From: Acidobacteriota bacterium
GTDB taxonomy: Bacteria; Acidobacteriota; Terriglobia; UBA7540
Direction: 5' to 3'
DNA length: 32,000 nt
Assembly (NCBI GenBank): GCA_902812415.1
Contig: CADDZJ010000025.1
Span: forward strand, 7,931 to 39,930
A program made the translations under genes and the position numbers. Under the pieces are notes generated by a model that had not been told where the DNA came from, ran no database searches, and was given only the letters and a program-made list of their open reading frames with translations. This document shows, in pieces, positions 26,383 through 32,000 of this stretch; the first letter of the stretch is position 1, and every line of letters starts with the position of its first letter.

Positions 26383-26814
26383 ATGGATGTGAAACTGAGG
26401 GAGCGCAAGCGAGCAATTCGCCAATATTTACGAACTGCTTATACAGATGAGCGACTGATCTGGCTGCTAGCCCATGCGAGAGGCGGCAAGCTTACTTATC
26501 AATCGTGCTGCTGCCTGATTGGCGTTGCGACGGCGGACCATCCCCTGGAGGGTAAAGCGGACGTCAACCAGCCTTCGGCGGCCCATTATCATCTGGCCAA
26601 GCTGTACATGGGCGCGCGCGAGGCCGAGCAAGCTTATTGGGAATTGGGATACCTTGGAGAGTCGCGGTCGCTTCGGTCGAGCGATGAAATTCGCCGCCAC
26701 CGCCTGATTCCCATGATCCTTTCGGAGATCCGCCAGCGGTCCCGCGCGAAGGCCACGGAGGCCAACGACCAAAGCGTATCCGTTCATTCCAATCAGATTC
26801 AATCTGAGCGCTGA
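26383..26814 (+). CDS. Hypothetical protein (orphan; no family recognised)
   Basis: The ATG at 26383 is preceded by a strong RBS AGGAGGGGG (6-nt spacer). The product is 143 aa, basic at both ends, with a CCC triplet (YQSCCCLIGV). The ORF is open in frame back to ATG 26233 through an AT-rich stretch, so a 193-aa form cannot be excluded. Confidence 0.6.
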   Translation: MDVKLRERKRAIRQYLRTAYTDERLIWLLAHARGGKLTYQSCCCLIGVATADHPLEGKADVNQPSAAHYHLAKLYMGAREAEQAYWELGYLGESRSLRSSDEIRRHRLIPMILSEIRQRSRAKATEANDQSVSVHSNQIQSER

Positions 26815-26854
26815 CCTGCTCCGGCGTTTGATTCTCCGCCCGGCGCGACAGAGC

Positions 26855-27214
26855 TCAAACCCGGGTGGCCTTTTGAAAACTGGCAATGGCCGTAGCCTCG
26901 TCTTCATAAACCTCGAAGACGGTGAGAAGCTTGGTAATTTGCAACAGGTCGTGCACCTTCTTGGTGAGGTTCAGAAGCTTCAATTGGCCGCCCTGATTTG
27001 AGGCCGCAGTGAAACCGCTCACAAGTTCGCCGATCCCCGAGCTGTCGATGTAGGTGACATCGGCCAGGTTCAGCAGAATGTGTTTCTGCCCTTGAGCCAA
27101 TAAGTTGCGGATCAACTGGCGCAACTCAGTCAAATCCTCCCCCAAAGTGATCCTCCCACTGATATCCACGACGGTGACGGAGTCCACGCGGCGCGTTTTC
27201 GCCTTCATGCTCAC
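26855..27214 (-). CDS. STAS-domain anti-sigma-factor antagonist (RsbV/SpoIIAA-like)
   Basis: 119 aa. VVDISGRITLGEDLTELRQLI...LLNLADVTYIDSSGIGELV carries the conserved DSSG phospho-serine motif. AGGAGG lies upstream; the GTG at 27220 is an alternative start. Confidence 0.9.
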   Translation of the reverse strand: MSMKAKTRRVDSVTVVDISGRITLGEDLTELRQLIRNLLAQGQKHILLNLADVTYIDSSGIGELVSGFTAASNQGGQLKLLNLTKKVHDLLQITKLLTVFEVYEDEATAIASFQKATRV

Positions 27215-27226
27215 GATGCATCCTCC

Positions 27227-27667
27227 TTAAGCAAGTTTCTTCCTGGAATTCTTGTGTTTCACCAGGGTTACTTCGGTTCCCCGCCCTTCCAGTTTTTCCA
27301 CCCGAAATTCATCCACAAAAGAGCGAATCAGAAAAATGCCGCGGCCCGACACCTTCAACAGGTTTTCCGCCTCCAGAGGGTTCGGGATACGATTGAGATC
27401 AAAGCCCGTTCCCTGATCGCGGATGTGAATTTCCAGCCGGTCAGGATAGATCTGAAAGCGCAGCCGCACCTGCTTGCTGGCGTCGTTTTTGTTGCCGTGA
27501 TGCACGGCGTTGATCATGGATTCATGGACAGCCATCCCGATCCGATGCTGTTCCTCTTCATCAAATCCGGCTTTCGAGCAAACCTCTGTGGTAAGTTCCT
27601 CCGCCGTTTCCACGCTTTTCAGCGTGCTCGCAAGCGTTAATTCGATGACTTCGGATTCAGCAGTCAT
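27227..27667 (-). CDS. Anti-sigma regulatory factor, RsbW/SpoIIAB-like serine protein kinase (HATPase_c_2)
   Basis: N-box HESMINAVHHGN, G1 box RDQGTGFD, G2 box SGRGIFLIRSFVDE. The stop is 12 nt before the STAS gene. The start is taken at ATG 27667; the ORF extends to ATG 27721. Confidence 0.85.
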   Translation of the reverse strand: MTAESEVIELTLASTLKSVETAEELTTEVCSKAGFDEEEQHRIGMAVHESMINAVHHGNKNDASKQVRLRFQIYPDRLEIHIRDQGTGFDLNRIPNPLEAENLLKVSGRGIFLIRSFVDEFRVEKLEGRGTEVTLVKHKNSRKKLA

Positions 27668-27735
27668 GGCCCCCGGGGATTTGCCAGCCCATTTGATTCT
27701 AACCTGATTCCATGAATTCAAGTCGGAAAGGCACG

Positions 27736-27764
27736 AATCTACAATAGGGGTAAAAGAATGTCAA
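27736..27764 (-). promoter_or_regulatory. Candidate sigma70-type promoter for the RsbW-like/STAS pair
   Basis: On the minus strand: TTGACA (27764-27759), a 17-nt spacer, then TAGATT (27741-27736), in the 133-nt gap after the upstream binding-protein gene. Confidence 0.4.
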
Positions 27765-27800
27765 TGAAGAAGCGCTCGCGGCTGAAATCAGGGCGCCTTC

Positions 27801-28808
27801 CTACTGCGGGCCGAATGGCCGTTCATAGCTTGCAAGCGCGCTTTTAAACGCTCCGACGTTGCTCTTGTCGACCCAGGCCGTGCCGGTATCCACGAAGGAA
27901 GGTAGCGGGGAAGCCGGGGCCGTTCTCCAATTCTTGAATTCATGCACGGCGTTGTGGTGAAGGTCATCCAGAAACGTCAGGCCGTAATAGCTCATCGTGT
28001 AAGGTTTCTGGGCCACTGTGCCGGCAATCACGCCTTCTGAAATCCAGTCGAGCGTTTCGGGGTTCTTGTCGAAAGCGACGATCTTGATTTTCCCCGCCAG
28101 GTCCAGACGATGTAGAACTTCCGCCGCGCCCGGCCCTCCGGAAGCTTCGAGACACAGGATGCCGTCAATCGGTTTCTTTTGAGCCAGCAGCTTTGAGATT
28201 TCGTCGTTCGCCACTTCCGGTTTGCCCTCGTCGTTGAGCGTGTCAATCACTTTGATTTTGGCGTATCCGCTCAGCGCCTGTTTTGCGCCGCGCAGCCGCT
28301 CCTCCTGGTTGAACTGCCCCGGAATCGCAATAATCACCACATTGCCCTGGCCGTGCAGAACCTCCGCCATGTGCTTTCCGCTCTCAAGTCCCGCCTGCAA
28401 GTTATCCGTGCCAATAAAGAGAATGCGCCGGGAATCAGGCGCGTCAGAATCCATGGTGACGACAGGGATGCCTTGTTGGATGGCGGCGTTGATGGCGGAA
28501 GTGAAGATTTGCGGCTGAGCGGGCGAAACCAGGATTCCGGAAGGATGGCCAGCGGCGGCCTTTTCAAAATCCTGCAGCTCCTCCTGGGGATTGTAATCGT
28601 CCGGACCCATGACTTCCGCCTTCACTCCCAGCACTCCCGCGGCGTCCATGAATCCGGCAATCGCTTCTCGCCAATAGGGCAGTTTGATATTCGTCGCCAC
28701 CAGCACGTAGCGTTCGTTCGGTTGGTGATACGACTTCTCACAGGAAGTCAGAAGAACAGTTCCCGCCAGGGTCAGGATGAAAGTGATCGCCGCAATGCGC
28801 CGTCGCAT
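27801..28808 (-). CDS. Periplasmic sugar-binding lipoprotein (type I PBP, Peripla_BP_4-like), paralog 1
   Basis: The ATG at 28808 has AGGAGG at a 6-nt spacer. The signal peptide has the lipobox LLTSC. The body (VLVATNIKLPYW..., GIPVVTMDSDAP, ILFIGTDNLQAG, EERLRG, ILCLEASGGPGAA) is RbsB/ABC-sugar-binding-like. Confidence 0.85.
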   Translation of the reverse strand: MRRRIAAITFILTLAGTVLLTSCEKSYHQPNERYVLVATNIKLPYWREAIAGFMDAAGVLGVKAEVMGPDDYNPQEELQDFEKAAAGHPSGILVSPAQPQIFTSAINAAIQQGIPVVTMDSDAPDSRRILFIGTDNLQAGLESGKHMAEVLHGQGNVVIIAIPGQFNQEERLRGAKQALSGYAKIKVIDTLNDEGKPEVANDEISKLLAQKKPIDGILCLEASGGPGAAEVLHRLDLAGKIKIVAFDKNPETLDWISEGVIAGTVAQKPYTMSYYGLTFLDDLHHNAVHEFKNWRTAPASPLPSFVDTGTAWVDKSNVGAFKSALASYERPFGPQ

Positions 28809-28951
28809 GAATTTCCTCCTCATACCGATTTTGAAGTCATCGCCATGATGAAAGCAGGGCGAGTGGGACGCGGGGGAGCTTGCCGCGTCTCCAATTCGGT
28901 TTTCCGCGCGCCGCGCAGCGCGGGTGTGCGCCATTCAGAGTTCAAGCCAGC

Positions 28952-29941
28952 CTATCGTCCCAGCGCGAGCGCAGTCTTGAAATCATCAACATTTTCGGAA
29001 TTGATCACCGCCGTGCCGGTATCCACCCGGGCCGGGATGGGCGAGGCCGGCGCATCCTGCCAGCTTTTGAATTCGTGGACGCTGTTGTGATGCAGATCGT
29101 CCAGGAATCGCAGGCCGTAGAAAGCCATGGTATAGGGCTTTTGCGCCACCGTCGCCGCGATCACCCCTTTCGAAATCCAATCGAGAGTTTCCGGGTTGGC
29201 GTCCATGGCCACAATCGTAATTTTCCCGTCGTCTCCAAAATGGTCCACGGCCTGCGCCGCGCCCGGACCGCCAGAGGCTTCGAGGCACAATATTCCCTTG
29301 ATATCCGCATTTTTTTGCAGGACGTCGGAGACCTCGTTGTTCGCCACTTGCGGATCGCCCCGGTCATTGTAAACCTCATAGAAGCTCATGTAGGGATACG
29401 CTTTGAGCGCGTCTTCCACGCCGCGCAGCCGCTCTTCCAGATTGAATTGGCCGGGGATGGTCAGCAGGACGATGCGGCCCTGACCGTGAAGGAGCCTTGC
29501 CAGCAACTTGCCGCTGGTCATACCGGCGCTGTAATTGTCAGTACCGATGAACAGAATGCGCTTCGACTGCGGTGAATCCGAATCAACACAAATGACAGGA
29601 ATGCCATTCTGAATGGCCTCGTTGATGGGCTCCACAAACGGGCCGGGCCGCGCTGGAGAGACGAGGATGCCCGAGGGATGGGAAGCCACGGCATTTTTAA
29701 AGGCCGCCAGTTCCTGTTCAATATTGTAATCGTTAGGTCCGGTAAATTCGGCTTTGACGCCCATCTCATGGGCAGCCCCCAGGAAGCCTGCCTTCACATC
29801 CTGCCAGTAGGGAAGAGTAATGTGAGCGGCCACAAAAACGTAGCGCTCGGAATTGGCGTGGTATGGCTTCTGGCATGACGTCCAGAACGCCACCGTCAGC
29901 CCGACAACAAGCAAGAGTTTGCAAAGAGTTGAAAAGCGCAT
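28952..29941 (-). CDS. Periplasmic sugar-binding lipoprotein (type I PBP, Peripla_BP_4-like), paralog 2
   Basis: The ATG at 29941 has GAAGGAGGG upstream. Signal peptide MRFSTLCKLLLVVGLTVAFWTSC. Colinear with paralog 1 and roughly 55-65% identical by eye, with shared nucleotide strings such as GCCGTGCCGGTATCCAC at 27877-27893 and 29010-29026. Confidence 0.85.
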   Translation of the reverse strand: MRFSTLCKLLLVVGLTVAFWTSCQKPYHANSERYVFVAAHITLPYWQDVKAGFLGAAHEMGVKAEFTGPNDYNIEQELAAFKNAVASHPSGILVSPARPGPFVEPINEAIQNGIPVICVDSDSPQSKRILFIGTDNYSAGMTSGKLLARLLHGQGRIVLLTIPGQFNLEERLRGVEDALKAYPYMSFYEVYNDRGDPQVANNEVSDVLQKNADIKGILCLEASGGPGAAQAVDHFGDDGKITIVAMDANPETLDWISKGVIAATVAQKPYTMAFYGLRFLDDLHHNSVHEFKSWQDAPASPIPARVDTGTAVINSENVDDFKTALALGR

Positions 29942-29995
29942 GGCGTCCCTCCTTCGTTGCAGAGTTTCAGGCGGGTTTTGCCCCCTCAGCCTGGA

Positions 29996-30024
29996 ATTAT
30001 TCACCCGTGTCAGGCTTGGCACAA
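29996..30024 (-). promoter_or_regulatory. Candidate promoter of the binding-protein genes, -35 embedded in a GGCTTG-N3-CAAGCC palindrome
   Basis: On the minus strand: TTGTGC (30024-30019), a 17-nt spacer, then AATAAT (30001-29996). The -35 lies inside the perfect palindrome at 30013-30027. Confidence 0.3.
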
Positions 30025-30146
30025 GCCTACCACTAAAACAGCCGGAATCAAGTGCCTGTGAAGGGCCGCCGCAAAGGGGGAGGCGGGCGCCGAGAAATTC
30101 CAGGGCCTTCAGCTTCGTGAAGCCGGAATGCATTGCCAGCTTCGGA

Positions 30147-31712
30147 TCACCCCAGCGCTGCCCTGACCGTAACCACCGAAAGACGCGGAAGGTCCAGTTG
30201 CAGCCCCGTCGTCGTGACGTGGACCGGATGATCCTTCAAGGTGATGCGGTCAGGATGGTCGAACGTATTGCAGGCATTGTAGTCTGCATCGTGAAGGATT
30301 TGCGCCGTCGCCTGCGTAAGCCGGGCGTCCTCAATGCGGCACTCCACGTTCATGTCGAGATCGTAACGCGGATTCACCAGGCTGACGACCATCTCCCGGT
30401 CATCCTTGGAGGCGGAGGCTGAGAGGTCGAGCGGGGAAGAGTCTTCGGTTTCCACCCGGACGGCGGTCTTCGCGCGGTGCGGCTTGAAGAGCATGAAAGC
30501 GTAGTAGGTGGTCGTGCGGATGCAATGCCGCCCTTCAGGGCCGTCAGTGAGTAAAAGCGATTGCAGCACGTTGACGATCTGCGCGATGTTGCACATAAAG
30601 AGCTTGTCGGCCTGGCGGTTGAAGATGTTCAGGCCCAGCCCCGCTCCCACGGCGCTTCGCATGGTGCTCTGCTGCCAGAGGCGGCCATAGTTTCTTTCCT
30701 CTTCCGGGATCATTCGATCCCAGACGCCCCATTCATCGACGATCAGGCCAATCGAGTCGCCATGATCGTAGCCGTTCAACAACGCGCGCTGCTGAACGAT
30801 GGCCTGTTCCATATCAGCGAACCGCGCGAGTTGGGCGTTCATCGTTTCCGGCGTGAATTCCGTGGGCGCGCTGGCGCCGTTCTCGTAGTAGTGCATCGAG
30901 AAGCCGTCAGGCTGCATGCGAGGCCTCATGCCGTCCATTACTCCCCGCGACCAGCGCGCATCGTTGCGGTTGGGGCCGCTCGCCACCAGGAACGGGCGCG
31001 TGCCGCCAAAGTGAGAGGCTCGCAGATAAACCCCGAAGCGGCGGAACAGGTCGGCATACCCTTCAGGGTCCATCGCGCCGCCGCAACCCCAGCTTTCATT
31101 GCCCACGCCCCAGTAGCGTACATGAAAGGGCTCGGGCGACCCGTTCGCGGCGCGCTCTTCAGCCAGGCTGCTTCCGGAAGGATAGTTGCAATACTCAACC
31201 CATTGCCTCATCTCGGCAGGCGAGCCGCTGCCCACGTTTCCGGCCAGGTACGGTTCGGCGCCGATCAGGCGGCAGAAGGCGATGAATTCGTGAGTTCCGA
31301 AACTGTTATCTTCAACGTACCCTCCCCAGTGAATATTCACGCGCTTCGGGCGCTGCGCGGCCGGGCCGACGCCGTCCCGCCAGTGATAATCGTCGGCGAA
31401 ACAACCTCCGGGCCAGCGCAACACCGGCACTCCCAGCTCGCGCAGATAGTCCACAACCTCCCTGCGATAGCCATTGATGTTGGGAATGGGTGAATCTTTC
31501 CCCACCCAGATTCCGCCATAGACGCATGAGCCCAGGTGTTCGGCAAACTGGCCGTGAAATTCAGGGCGGACAAGCCCGATTTCCGAATTGGCGCGAATCA
31601 CAACCCGGCGGGAGTTTGAAACATCGCCGAAAAGGCCCGAGGGAACAAGCGATGCAAGCGAAAGGGCGGCGCTCGTCGCAGCAAACTGGCGGCGCGACAT
31701 CGAGAAACTCAT
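30147..31712 (-). CDS. Alpha-L-arabinofuranosidase, glycoside hydrolase family 51, Tat signal peptide
   Basis: LRWPGGCFADDYHWRDGVGP and YWGVGNESWGCGG (GNE acid/base) are GH51 signatures. The N-terminus MSFSMSRRQFAATSAALSLASL carries a twin-arginine motif. The ATG at 31712 has GGAGG 8 nt upstream. Confidence 0.9.
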   Translation of the reverse strand: MSFSMSRRQFAATSAALSLASLVPSGLFGDVSNSRRVVIRANSEIGLVRPEFHGQFAEHLGSCVYGGIWVGKDSPIPNINGYRREVVDYLRELGVPVLRWPGGCFADDYHWRDGVGPAAQRPKRVNIHWGGYVEDNSFGTHEFIAFCRLIGAEPYLAGNVGSGSPAEMRQWVEYCNYPSGSSLAEERAANGSPEPFHVRYWGVGNESWGCGGAMDPEGYADLFRRFGVYLRASHFGGTRPFLVASGPNRNDARWSRGVMDGMRPRMQPDGFSMHYYENGASAPTEFTPETMNAQLARFADMEQAIVQQRALLNGYDHGDSIGLIVDEWGVWDRMIPEEERNYGRLWQQSTMRSAVGAGLGLNIFNRQADKLFMCNIAQIVNVLQSLLLTDGPEGRHCIRTTTYYAFMLFKPHRAKTAVRVETEDSSPLDLSASASKDDREMVVSLVNPRYDLDMNVECRIEDARLTQATAQILHDADYNACNTFDHPDRITLKDHPVHVTTTGLQLDLPRLSVVTVRAALG

Positions 31713-31747
31713 GAGCAAAACCTCCGAATGAAAATGGGCAGCGGCAG

Positions 31748-31777
31748 ATATTAGCTCAAACGTTTCATCGATTGCAA
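31748..31777 (-). promoter_or_regulatory. Candidate GH51 promoter with LacI-type operator core in the spacer
   Basis: On the minus strand: TTGCAA (31777-31772), an 18-nt spacer, then TAATAT (31753-31748). The spacer contains the palindrome AAACGTTT (31758-31765), the core of LacI/GalR-family operators. Confidence 0.35.
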
Positions 31778-31803
31778 GCCACCTGTGAGTTAATCAGCTT
31801 TCG

Positions 31804-31838
31804 CCTGTCATTCTGAGCGACAGCGAAGAATCCCTGTA
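31804..31838. repeat. Palindromic repeat family, copy C (single arm)
   Basis: CCTGTCATTCTGAGCGACAGCGAAGAATCCCTGTA matches both ends of the left arm of copy B (CCTGTCATTCTGAG...GAAGAATCCCTGTA). I found no inverted partner next to it. Confidence 0.65.
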
Positions 31839-31849
31839 TTTCAACTCAC

Positions 31850-31892
31850 GGGTGGCGCATACATCGCGCCTTTTGCGAGGGATGCGCCACCC
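31850..31892. repeat. Perfect 11-bp-stem hairpin adjacent to repeat copy C
   Basis: GGGTGGCGCAT (31850-31860) / ATGCGCCACCC (31882-31892) with a 21-nt loop. It lies in the divergent intergenic region between the GH51 gene and the MBL-like gene. Confidence 0.5.
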
Positions 31893-31930
31893 TCTGAACC
31901 GTGTGTTTGGGCTGTGGCATCCATACAACT

Positions 31931-32000
31931 ATGAATCTAGAACCGCTTGCAGTCACCTATATCGGCGGCCCGACCGTGTTGTTAGAATTTGGAGGAGTGC
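31931..32000 (+). CDS. MBL-fold metallo-hydrolase-like protein, first 23 codons only (runs off the window)
   Basis: ATG at 31931. MNLEPLAVTYIGGPTVLLEFGGV resembles the common N-terminus of UlaG-like/MBL-fold hydrolases (x-T-Y-I-G-G-P-T-x-L-L-E-x-G-G). It is too short for the ORF track, so the call rests on the motif only. Confidence 0.45.
   Translation, partial: MNLEPLAVTYIGGPTVLLEFGGV

Noticed and set aside
25949-26850. tRNA-His as the attachment site of an integrated genomic island.
   Set aside because: No integrase or recombinase, phage or transposon gene lies on either side. I could not find a direct repeat of the tRNA 3' half by eye. The compositionally odd segment is under 1 kb. This can only be settled by comparison with related genomes.
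1-32000. Scan for CRISPR arrays, tandem repeats, rRNA, transposases, toxin-antitoxin pairs and known defence genes.
   Set aside because: I saw no regularly spaced direct repeats and no IS-like terminal inverted repeats flanking an ORF. No ORF has nuclease, RT, ATPase-defence or transposase signatures. The only repeated DNA is the palindromic element family and the PBP gene duplication.

Overview
GC-rich bacterial chromosomal window. It is probably from an Acidobacteriota-type genome; this is an inference from three things: a ~1,165-aa CarboxypepD_reg/TonB-dependent-receptor-like outer-membrane protein, the hopanoid gene shc, and GTCATTCYGAG-type palindromic intergenic repeats. Bases 1-9575 carry the distal part of an E. 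coli-type complex I operon, nuoG (5'-truncated by the window edge) then nuoH, I, J, K, L, M, N. After that come, in order: a secreted TPR protein (-), a giant TonB-dependent-receptor-like OMP (+), an ispH-shc operon (-), RNase R (+), a membrane-anchored coiled-coil protein plus an EVE-domain protein (+), a single-domain receiver lacking the phospho-acceptor Asp (-) divergent from an NhaR-like LysR regulator (+), a small Ser/Lys-rich secreted protein (+), a secreted PF00756-type esterase (+), tRNA-His (-), and an orphan ORF behind a visibly AT-rich stretch (+). The right end is a co-oriented minus-strand block: Tat-exported GH51 arabinofuranosidase, two tandem paralogous sugar-binding lipoproteins, an RsbW-like kinase and a STAS antagonist. 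The first 23 codons of an MBL-fold hydrolase sit at the right edge. I saw no CRISPR array, transposase, integrase, reverse transcriptase or recognisable defence gene, and I cannot point to a clear-cut novel system. The observations most worth follow-up are: (1) orphan tandem solute-binding lipoproteins next to a sigma-less, phosphatase-less partner-switching pair and a GH51 gene; (2) a palindromic repeat family with three loci here, one lodged inside the nuo operon; (3) an identical GGCTTG-N3-CAAGCC palindrome upstream of both the OMP gene and the binding-protein genes; (4) an Asp-less receiver divergent from the NhaR-like regulator; (5) an unrecognisable orphan ORF beside tRNA-His. All family assignments come from reading the translations by eye. 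No database search was run.
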